Assembly (NCBI GenBank): GCA_013817595.1
Contig: JACDCK010000001.1
Coordinates: 1 to 55,326, forward strand
DNA length: 55,326 nucleotides
Source: Pyrinomonadaceae bacterium
GTDB lineage: Bacteria; Acidobacteriota; Blastocatellia; Pyrinomonadales; Pyrinomonadaceae
Direction: 5' to 3'
Below the pieces are notes generated by a model that saw only the letters and a list, made by a program, of their open reading frames with translations, was not told where the DNA came from and searched no databases. The translations under genes and the position numbers were made by a program. This document shows, in pieces, positions 45,102 to 55,326 of the stretch; positions within the stretch are counted from its first letter, which is position 1; every line of letters begins with the position of its first letter.

Positions 45102-45695
45102 ATGATTCCGGCGCCACACGAAGTCACTCAACTGCTCGTTGCCTGGGGCGACGGGGACCAATCGGCCCTCGACAAGCTGATGCCCCTGGTATACGACGAA
45201 CTGCACGGGCTGGCCCATCGTTACATGGCTCACGAACGGCCGGAGCATACGTTGCAAACCTCAGCGCTGGTTAATGAGGCCTACTTCCGGCTGGTCGATC
45301 AGAGAAACGTGCATTGGCAGAACCGGGCTCAGTTCTTCGGTATCGCTGCTACGTTGATGCGCCGAATCCTGGTTGGTTATGCCCGCCGTCGCAATCGGGT
45401 CAAGCGCGGTGCCGGCGCATTTCAAATTTCTCTGGACGAGGCAGCCATCCTCTCTCAGGAGCGCGCGGCGGATATGGTGGCCCTCGATGAAGCGCTCGAG
45501 AACTTAGCCGCCGTTGACAGGCGGAAGAGCCAGGTTGTTGAGCTACGTTTCTTTGGTGGACTGAGCATTGATGAGACGGCCGAAGTTTTAAAGGTCTCTC
45601 CGGGCACTGTTATGCGGGATTGGACTCTGGCGAAAGCCTGGCTGTTAAGAGAAGTGATGGGTGACACTGCGGCTGGAGTCAGCAGCCCTAAATAG
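45102..45695 (+). CDS. ECF-type RNA polymerase sigma factor (kinase-associated subgroup)
   Basis: 197 aa. N-terminal [36 protein letters not shown] (TIGR02999-like). Region 4 [36 protein letters not shown]. Confidence 0.9.
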   Translation: MIPAPHEVTQLLVAWGDGDQSALDKLMPLVYDELHGLAHRYMAHERPEHTLQTSALVNEAYFRLVDQRNVHWQNRAQFFGIAATLMRRILVGYARRRNRVKRGAGAFQISLDEAAILSQERAADMVALDEALENLAAVDRRKSQVVELRFFGGLSIDETAEVLKVSPGTVMRDWTLAKAWLLREVMGDTAAGVSSPK

Positions 45696-45741
45696 TTTTC
45701 ATCCCTCAGGTCTAGACTCGAACTCCGGACTCTTCTTTTTT

Positions 45742-48480
<2,739 letters not shown>

Positions 48481-48481
48481 A

Positions 48482-48670
48482 GCTGGGAGCGCAGGCGTCC
48501 CGCCTGCAATGAGCGCGAACGAAGCGAGCGTAGTGAAGCGCTAACAACCCGTGAGCTAAGACAATTCACTAAGTACACGGCGCGCTTGCATTCAATGAAT
48601 CGTTTGTTCGCGCTGCGCTCCACTTCGTTCCGCTCGCGCTCATTGCAGGCGGGACGCCTGCGCGCCCAGC
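48482..48670. repeat. REPIN-like inverted doublet 1 (two ~60-75-nt arms, each with REP hairpin GCAGGCG-TCC-CGCCTGC)
   Basis: Left arm GCTGGGAGCGCAGGCGTCCCGCCTGCAATGAGCGCGAACGAAGCG... (from 48482). Right arm ...CGCTCCACTTCGTTCCGCTCGCGCTCATTGCAGGCGGGACGCCTGCGCGCCCAGC (to 48670). The arms are reverse complements. It starts 2 nt after the kinase stop and ends 25 nt before the RAYT-like ATG. Confidence 0.85.
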
Positions 48671-48695
48671 AACGCGCTCACAGGTTTCGACAGAG

Positions 48696-49423
48696 ATGAA
48701 GGCTAATGCTTCCAAAGATGTTGTCGAACCGAGGGGCTGGCACAGTCGCGGCTATTTGCCGCATTTCGACGGTGGCGAGATCCCGCAGTTCATCACCTTT
48801 CGGTTGGGTGATTCATTGCCGCAGGCCGTGCTCGATAGGTGGCGGGAAGAACTGCAAAGAGAAACGGGCTTTGACATCCAGGCAGCCCTGCGCCGTCGCA
48901 TTGAAGCGTATCTCGATCAAGGTTACGGCAGGTGTTTATTTGAAAGAAGAGCGGGTGGCGACGATGGTGCAAAACTCACTGTTGTTTCACGATGGCGAGC
49001 GTTACAGACTGTCGTCGTGGGTGGTATGTCGAATCATCTTCATTTTTTGGCGACGCCCTGTGCGGGGATTGAGCTTTCGGAAATTCAACATTCGCTGAAG
49101 TCCTACACAGCGCATGAAGCGAACAAGATCCTGGTCGGACTGGACAATTCTGGCAGGTAGAAGCTTTCGACCGTTTCATCCGGAACCACGACCATTACAT
49201 TAAGACGATTGCCTACATTGAGAACAATCCCGTGAAAGTAGGCCTGTGTCGCGCTCCGGAGGAATGGCCCTTCAGCAGCCCGTGGTTTCGCGCGAAAAAG
49301 AAAATGACATTAGCTGTCGCCAAACGAGAAAAGGCTGACTTGTGCTGGGAGCGCGGGCGTCCCGCCTGCAATGAGCGCGAAACGAAGCGGAGCGTAGTGA
49401 AGCGCGAACAATCCGTGAGCTAG
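48696..49423 (+). pseudogene. REP-associated tyrosine transposase (RAYT / IS200-like Y1 HUH) gene with at least three frameshifts
   Basis: N-terminus WHSRGYLPHFDGGEIPQFITFRLGDSLP. HUH motif MSNHLHFL. C-terminal FWQVEAFDRFIRNHDHYIKTIAYIENNPVKVGLCRAPEEWPFSS. The homologous sequence jumps frame at about 48936-48945, 49024-49028 and 49131-49137. Track ORFs 48696..49160, 48706..49098 and 49232..49423 each carry a piece. Confidence 0.75.
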
Positions 49424-49593
49424 GGACAATTCACTAACTACGCGGTAGTGGGGTGAAAGTGTGGCGCATCACGCCATTACCAACTACGCGGCGTGCTTGA
49501 CGGGCAGGTTGAATTTAATGAATCGTTTGTTCGCGCATCGCTCCACTTCGTTCCGCTCGCGCTCATTGCAGGCGGGACGCCTGCGCTCCCAGC
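49344..49593. repeat. REPIN-like inverted doublet 2
   Basis: Left arm GCTGGGAGCGCGGGCGTCCCGCCTGCAATGAGCGCGAAACGAAGCGGAGCGTAGTGAAGCGCGAAC... (from 49344). Right arm ...GAATCGTTTGTTCGCGCATCGCTCCACTTCGTTCCGCTCGCGCTCATTGCAGGCGGGACGCCTGCGCTCCCAGC (to 49593). Near-identical to doublet 1. It overlaps the 3' end of the RAYT pseudogene frame. Confidence 0.85.
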
Positions 49594-49628
49594 AACGCGC
49601 TTCGTCGCTCCCTTTGGGTTGAAAGCCT

Positions 49629-52600
49629 ATGATCGCCAAAAGAGCAGTTGCATTAGGTTCCGCTTTTGCACTTTGTCTCCTGTGCTCTTTCTCCTCGCTC
49701 GCGCAAACGCCGACCGGAACCATCGCCGGCGTTCTGACGGACCCAGCCGGAGCGCCCGTGGTTCGTGCACTCGTCACCATCACAAATCGCGACAGCTCGC
49801 TGACACGCAGTCTCAACACATCTGACGAAGGTGACTACAGCGCGGCGGCCCTGCCCCCGGGCGTCTACCGCGTGACGGCGGAGGCAACGGGGTTTCCTCT
49901 GCTGGAAAGTTCAGCCACGGTCCAGGTTGGTACAACCACCACTGTCAATCTCACGCTCCAGATCGGCGAAATAAGCGAAAAGGTGAAGGTGGATAACGCC
50001 GCTCCGTCGATTAACTACGAACACTATCAGGTGGGCAGCGTAGTGAGCCGCTTGCAAATCGAAAACCTGCCGCTTAACGGGCGAAACTTCCTAGAGCTTG
50101 CCAAGCTGGAGCCGGGCGTGACCAATCCTGTCCCGGGTACGAACAATCGCGTGTCTGTGCCGATACTTGGCTCGGGGGTGCAAACCAACCCGCGCATTGG
50201 CTACAGCCGCGTTACCGTGGACGGCGGGGACATTAACTTTGTTGACTCAATCGGTGCTGCGCTGGGGGTATCCCAGGAGGCCGTACAGGAGTTTCAGATC
50301 TCCACCGTCAACTTCGATCTTTCGACCAGCGTGACGACCAATGGCGCGATCAATATCGTGACGCGCTCCGGCGGTAACGACTTTCACGCGAGCGTCTTCT
50401 ACTTTTATCGAGACCACAAGCTGGCCGCCTATCCCGGCCCGCGGCGTGAGCAAGGCAACCTTGACCCGTTCTTCCAAAGGCAACAGTTCGGCTTTCGGCT
50501 TGGCGGCCTAATTCGGAAGGATCGCGCCTTCTTCTTCACGAGCTACGAGCGCAACGACCAGCGCGGCGTTCTTTCGATTCAACCGCGCACTTCAGAGTTC
50601 GCCCCGCTCGGTGGTATCTTCCCCAACCCCTTTCTCGGAAATCAGTTCAACTTACGCTTCGACGTGCGCTTCAGCCAAAAACACAACGCCTTCGTCCGCT
50701 ACACGCACGACGGAAACAACGTGTTCGGCCCTTCCGGCGGCCTCAATAACTCGCTGCCCTCGGGCTGGTCACGCCTAAAAAACTGGGTGGATCAGAGCAT
50801 AACCGGGCTGACGAGCGTCCTCTCCTCCAGCCTCGTCAACGATCTGCGCTTATCCTACTTCTTCATCAGCTCGCCGGAAGCACCGGCCAACTCTGCAGAT
50901 TGTCCCACTTGCTTAGGTGTAGGTGCACCGCGCATCAACATTGCGGATGTCGGGCTGATGTTCGGCAACGCGCGCAGGCTTTCGTTCGTCGCGCGACGCT
51001 TTCAACTGACCGAGAGCCTGGCGTGGCAGAAAGATCAGCACCGCTTCCGTTTCGGCTTCGATTGGGAACACGCTACAACCTCGGCGCAACGGCTGGAGCA
51101 GGAGCCGGCCATGATTGAGCTATATTCCCCGCGGCAGGTTCGGAACTTCAACGCGATCGTCCCGCCTGCGGCGCAGATTCCTCTGCCCTCTTCGTTTCTC
51201 ACGCTTGACGACATCTTGCGGCTTCCAGTGCGAAGTTTTCAGACCAGTGTCGGCCCCGGCCTGGTCCTCCAACGGGACTTTCGCAAGCACCGCGTTACGG
51301 ACCTCTACCGCCTTTACGCCACCGACACCTGGCGCATCAGCCCACGCCTGACAGTGAACTACGGTCTGGCGTGGTCCTACGAACCGCACACTCTTAACAC
51401 GGCCTTACGAAACCCGAACTCCTAACGGCGATTCTGGGTCCGGACAATCTAAATCCCCCTCGCGCGCAAACCGGCAACCTCGCGCCCGCTGTAGGATTTG
51501 CCTGGGCGGCGACCCGCGATGGCAAGACGGTGATTCGTGGCGGTGCCGGCCGATACTTCGACCCCGTCAGCGCCAACTCGATCAATGTAACCAACGAGCG
51601 TGTCGCGCTGTTTCCGGCAGGCACAGGCCGACGAACGGTTCTAGGATCCGCGATCTTCTTTCAAGGCCGCGCGCTAGATTTCCCGCAGAGGCCAACGATA
51701 TTTACCGCTGTGGATCTGCTGGCCATCCTCCCCGGTGTTCGCGCGGACCTAACGGGCCAACTCAATCCCGACAACCGCGATTTCACTTTCCGCAACCTCG
51801 ACCTCAACAAGACGGGTTCAAATCTCTCGGATCCGTTTTATGAAACCCCGTACGCCCTGCACTTCAACTTGGGCGTGCAGCGGGAACTGGCCCGCGACTT
51901 GGTCCTTTCAGCCGACTTCGCGCGGCGCCGGTTCCTTCATACATACCTTCCGGGAATAGACTACAACCGCTTCAACCGCCGCATTAACGGCGTGCAGACG
52001 CCGGTGCTCCCCGCCTGCACCCCCGCTCAGCGAAACGATGTGACCGCAGTATGTTCCGCAGGGCAGATCACGTTTGACAGCACCTCCGGCATCGCCCAAT
52101 ACAAAGGACTGCTGATGCGCCTGGAAAAGCGCTTCTCGCGCCGGACACAGTTCCTGGCGCCCTACGCGATGGGCAGCTTCAAAGGGACAAACGGCCTCGG
52201 TGGCGTTGCCTTCCCTGGTACGGGATTCAACAACGACAACTGGTCCGAGAGCTACGGTCCACTACCGACCGACCTGCGGCACATCCTGAATCTCTCTGGC
52301 TTCGTTGACCTGCCCTGGCAGTTTCAAGTCGCTTTTAGCGTCTCCGCTTACAGCCGGCCGCCGTTCTCGGCGTACGTGAGCGGAATTGATTTTAACGGCG
52401 ACGGCACTCAGAACGATTTGTTGCCGGGAACGACTGTGAATCAATTTAATCGGGGACTAGACGAAGAGGATCTCGCGGGGTTGGTACAACGCTATAACCA
52501 GGAGTTTGCCGGTAAACTGACTGCCAGCGGCCAGATCGCACCGCGTGTGACGCTACCAGCCAACTATTCCTTCAACGACAGTTTCTTCACCCTGGACCTA

Positions 52601-52813
52601 CGCCTGAGCCGCACGTTCTCGCTAGGTAGCGAGCGGGTGCGCTTTGTCTTGTTCGGTGAAGTCTTCAATCTTCTCAACACCGCCAACCTGATTCAGTACA
52701 GCGGCAACATCGCCGACACGGCCGCCTTCGGTCAACCAGGCGCGCGCTCTTCACAGGTCTTTGGCTCTGGCGGTCCGCGGGCTTTTCAGTTAGGAGCTCG
52801 AATCAGTTTTTGA
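49629..52813 (+). pseudogene. TonB-dependent receptor-like outer membrane protein (CarboxypepD_reg N-domain + plug + barrel), interrupted by one frameshift
   Basis: Signal peptide. TGTIAGVLTDPAGAPVVRALVTITN...GDYSAAALPPGVYRVTAEATGF (CarboxypepD_reg-like). Plug-like ENLPLNGRNFLELAKLEPGV. C-terminal barrel ending ...AFQLGARISF*. The track splits it into 49629..51425 and 51530..52813. The second frame is open from 51398 and reads HGLTKPELLTAILGPDNLNPP...GFAWAATRDGKTVIRGG, so a single shift within 51398-51425 joins them. Confidence 0.75.
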
Positions 52814-52837
52814 GACATCTGGTAGAAGAAGAGCGCA

Positions 52838-52925
52838 CTGATCGTTCCACGTCCGAAGCTGCCCGCTAGCTACTCCTTCAACGACAACTTTTAAACCCAG
52901 GACCTTAGCCTGAGTGAACGAGGAG
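52838..52925 (+). pseudogene. relic of a paralogous TonB-dependent receptor 3' region
   Basis: CTGATCGTTCCACGTCCGAAGCTGCCCGCTAGCTACTCCTTCAACGACAACTTTTAAACCCAGGACCTTAGCCTGAGT aligns codon-by-codon with 52530-52610 of the upstream gene (LIVPRPKLPASYSFNDNF*TQDLSLS versus QIAPRVTLPANYSFNDSFFTLDLRLS). It has an in-frame stop. Confidence 0.5.
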
Positions 52926-54416
52926 TCAAGCGCTGAGCCGATCGGCGAGTGATTTCGCTGCGTGCGTTACCGCTGCAATGCTGCCACCGAGAGAAGCCGT
53001 GTCTCCGACCCTGAACAGGTTGGGCAGGGAGGTCTGGTAGTTAAGCAGATCGGCGTCGGGCGGTTCCCGCATCTTTGCAAGACCGCCGACCATACCTAAT
53101 TTGCGGCGGGTCATATCATAAATTGTTCGCGGGGTGGCCGTATCGATCACCTCAATGTCGCCGCCAAGCTCAGGCAAAGCTTCGTGAAGACGTCGCCACC
53201 ACACTTCCAATACTGACTGGTCCTTTTCTTCATTCTGTTCTTCGTTTTCCTGGAAGGTAAACCATTGATCGACGTCGGAGAAGGTAAGCACGGTCACGGC
53301 CCGCTTTCCTTCCGGAGCTCTTCTGTCCTCCGCAGGTGCCGCAGCAAACATGAACTGAGACACTTCTGGGTCGTAATCTACATGCTCCTGCCAATCGGTG
53401 ACTGCCAGGATGCGATTGTTGGGAATCCGGGATGCGGCAGCTTCGCTCATGCCCAGATAGAGCAGGTAAACTCCCCAGGTTCGCAAGTTGTTCAAGCTCT
53501 TTCTAATCTCAGAAGGAGTATGGTTGAGCCCAATCAACTTCCCGTACGTGTCCCAGAGAGTGAGATTGCTGACAATAGCCCTCGATGCACTCACCCTCTC
53601 CCCGCGCAGCAAATCAACCCCGATAGCTCGGCCAGCCGCATCGTAGGCAAGTCGCAGTGCCGGCGTGTCGAAGCGGATTCTGCCACCGCTGGCTTTTATC
53701 GAACCCGCTAGCTTCTGGGCCAGAGCCGGGGCGCCACCCCGAATCGAGAAATTCCCTCGCCGCGGAATGTTGAGGGCGAGGCTCGCATACAGATATTCAC
53801 ACTCCTGGCTGGTTGCCTGCGCCAGGAGCTGCAACTGAGTGTCGATGAACCTGCGAAAACGAAATGAGGTGCCTTCCAGATGGTCCAGCGTTGTGTGGTT
53901 TCTTGCTTTGATAATTCGCCCAGCGTTAACAATGTCCGGCAGCAAAGCATAGATCTGTTTCATGCTGCCGGCGGCGTGCAGGTTCGGCACTCTTCTCAGA
54001 GCACTCCGTAGAGCCTCACTAACGACCGCACTCTCCTGATAAAAAGATACCGCGCTGTCGGCACACTCAGGAAAAGTTGCTACCAGCGAAGCTTCAAACT
54101 GTTCCGTGTTTGCTGTTATTGGAACTTCAGATTGATCCGGAAGACGCACAAGGTAGGCAGGGTCGGCAGCGAAGACTTCGGGAGCTGCAACGGGAAGCTC
54201 TGAAAAAACTTGATCGTGAATCTCGCCCGCTTGCCACAGAGGATAAAGTCCGATGCCAGGGTCAAAGGTGTAACCAAACTTTTCAAAACCTGCTATGCTG
54301 CCGCCTGGGCGCGACTGCCTCTCGAGCAAACAAACATCGAAGCCCCGAGCCGCGAGCAACGCCGACACGGTGAGTCCCCCAATGCCGCCGCCCACAACGA
54401 CTATCTCATGCGTCAT
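52926..54416 (-). CDS. phytoene desaturase (CrtI/CrtD)-family FAD-dependent oxidoreductase
   Basis: MTHEIVVVGGGIGGLTVSALLAARGFDVCLLERQSRPGGS dinucleotide-binding motif. C-terminal NLFRVGDTASLGGSIAAVTHAAKSLA. The start is set at ATG 54416, which overlaps the upstream gene stop (ATGA). Confidence 0.8.
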   Translation of the reverse strand: MTHEIVVVGGGIGGLTVSALLAARGFDVCLLERQSRPGGSIAGFEKFGYTFDPGIGLYPLWQAGEIHDQVFSELPVAAPEVFAADPAYLVRLPDQSEVPITANTEQFEASLVATFPECADSAVSFYQESAVVSEALRSALRRVPNLHAAGSMKQIYALLPDIVNAGRIIKARNHTTLDHLEGTSFRFRRFIDTQLQLLAQATSQECEYLYASLALNIPRRGNFSIRGGAPALAQKLAGSIKASGGRIRFDTPALRLAYDAAGRAIGVDLLRGERVSASRAIVSNLTLWDTYGKLIGLNHTPSEIRKSLNNLRTWGVYLLYLGMSEAAASRIPNNRILAVTDWQEHVDYDPEVSQFMFAAAPAEDRRAPEGKRAVTVLTFSDVDQWFTFQENEEQNEEKDQSVLEVWWRRLHEALPELGGDIEVIDTATPRTIYDMTRRKLGMVGGLAKMREPPDADLLNYQTSLPNLFRVGDTASLGGSIAAVTHAAKSLADRLSA

Positions 54417-55326
54417 AAACCAGACACTGACAACCAAAGGTTAGTAAGTAGCAAGACAGCGCTGGCCGTTTGCCCGCTTGCCGGCCCAAGTTTCGGTAGA
54501 TGAGGCTCGATGAGTAAAAGAAGGGAGGTGATTCCGTTGAAGACGAGGTGAATTACGATGCAGGGTAGCAACCGCCCGGTGTAGGCCCGAATGATGGTCA
54601 GAGAAACGCTAAGCATTCCCACAGCAGCGATGATTCCGAAATTGGGCCAGTACTGCGGTACATGAATAAGCGTAAATAACCCTAGGACTAAGAGTACAGC
54701 TCCGGCCACGCCGACAAGACTTTGTAATGCCGCGTAGAGCACACCGCGGTAAATGAACTCTTCGACGAAAGGTGCGGTCAATACCGCGAGCGCGGCGATC
54801 AGGTAACGTGCCCCGGGTGAACTATTGATTATCTGCTCCAATTGCGTGGGTTGGTCGGCGCCTAGCAACTTTGCGATTCCGGTGCCCAAAAGAAAGAGTG
54901 CAACTCCCAGTCCCACACTCCCCCAAAAACGTAGCCGACCCGACCAGCCCCAACCTAAAGAAGCCAGGAAAGGCCGGTGCCCGAAACGCGTCACCAATGC
55001 CCAAACCAAACCAAAGGTGAGCAGGTGAGTTGGCAACAGGGCCAAAACTTGCAGAAAAATAGCAGTCTTGTCAGTTAGTGCGAGTGAAGCCAGGTTGTTT
55101 ACGTATTCTGGCGAGCCGGGATCCAGACCGCGCTGCAACGAGTAGGGAATCAGGAAAAACAAGGGAATGACGGCGAGTAGGATAAGGCTCGCAACCCAAA
55201 CCAGAAACGCGCCCCCAAGTCCCCAGCGCGGATTGTTAGGATCGATTGGTTCGTAAACAGGAGGACTGACTGACCTAGCCGGCTCACTAGGAGTAAGCTC
55301 ACTCGCTATTGGAAACGTTGACTGGC
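54413..55326 (-). CDS. CPBP-family intramembrane glutamic endopeptidase (CAAX protease/Abi family), 5' end outside window
   Basis: Motifs EEFIYRGVLY (EExxxR), FTLIHV (FxxxH) and IHLVFNG (HxxxN). The frame is open with no start codon from 55162 to the window edge (...PRWGLGGAFLVWVASLILLAVIPLFFL...), so the true start lies beyond 55326. Confidence 0.8.
   Translation of the reverse strand, partial: QSTFPIASELTPSEPARSVSPPVYEPIDPNNPRWGLGGAFLVWVASLILLAVIPLFFLIPYSLQRGLDPGSPEYVNNLASLALTDKTAIFLQVLALLPTHLLTFGLVWALVTRFGHRPFLASLGWGWSGRLRFWGSVGLGVALFLLGTGIAKLLGADQPTQLEQIINSSPGARYLIAALAVLTAPFVEEFIYRGVLYAALQSLVGVAGAVLLVLGLFTLIHVPQYWPNFGIIAAVGMLSVSLTIIRAYTGRLLPCIVIHLVFNGITSLLLLIEPHLPKLGPASGQTASAVLLLTNLWLSVSGL

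Noticed and set aside
45661-45741. Upstream start (45661) for the Ser/Thr kinase, overlapping the sigma-factor gene by 35 nt.
   Set aside because: The 27 extra residues are not kinase-family sequence. ATG 45742 gives the characteristic MNPERWQQIDQLF N-terminus of this kinase class.
48733-48760. TGGCAC...TTGC string resembling a sigma-54 -24/-12 promoter inside the RAYT pseudogene.
   Set aside because: The spacing between GG and GC is wrong (12 nt between the TGGCAC and TTGC blocks instead of about 5). It also lies inside coding sequence with no downstream gene to drive.

Overview
Moderately GC-rich bacterial chromosomal window, most likely Acidobacteriota. Evidence by eye: two adjacent 'VWFA-related acidobacterial domain' type proteins, an ECF sigma plus TPR Ser/Thr kinase pair, a CarboxypepD_reg-type TonB-dependent receptor, and NHL/DUF4214 and PD40 secreted proteins. 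Positions 1-10.1 kb hold the distal dcw cell-wall/division cluster (mraY 3' end, murD, ftsW, murG, murC, murB, ftsQ, ftsA, ftsZ), all on the + strand and tightly packed. Positions 10-32 kb are mostly housekeeping and envelope genes: an Sm/Hfq-like protein, pdxA, a response regulator, valS, a NadC-like protein, XdhC-like proteins, an MFS transporter, a VIT-vWA protein, a BNR propeller, an M16 peptidase pair and an S41 peptidase. Positions 32-55 kb look accessory. They carry an XRE + ImmA/IrrE pair, a GAF-PP2C phosphatase, a vWA/FecR cluster, a GntR regulator, secreted repeat proteins, the ECF sigma/kinase pair, a decayed RAYT-type transposase flanked by REPIN-like doublets, a frameshifted TonB-dependent receptor, and a CrtI-like oxidoreductase coupled to a CPBP protease. 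No rRNA, tRNA or CRISPR array was found. I did not recognise a clear multi-gene novel system such as a defence system. The most unusual signals are at the DNA level or in single genes. (i) Three unrelated families of palindromic repeats: tandem-heptamer hairpins inside the dcw operon, a GCGGTAGCG/AGCGACCGG family with at least three copies, and RAYT-associated REPINs. (ii) A NadC homolog that is translationally coupled to valS and has every catalytic motif substituted. (iii) A 14-bp tandem duplication that splits an NHL/DUF4214 gene. (iv) A 23-nt DNA repeat present twice in one CDS in two reading frames. (v) A cluster of gene-decay events in the right half. All homology calls are by-eye motif recognition and no searches were run.
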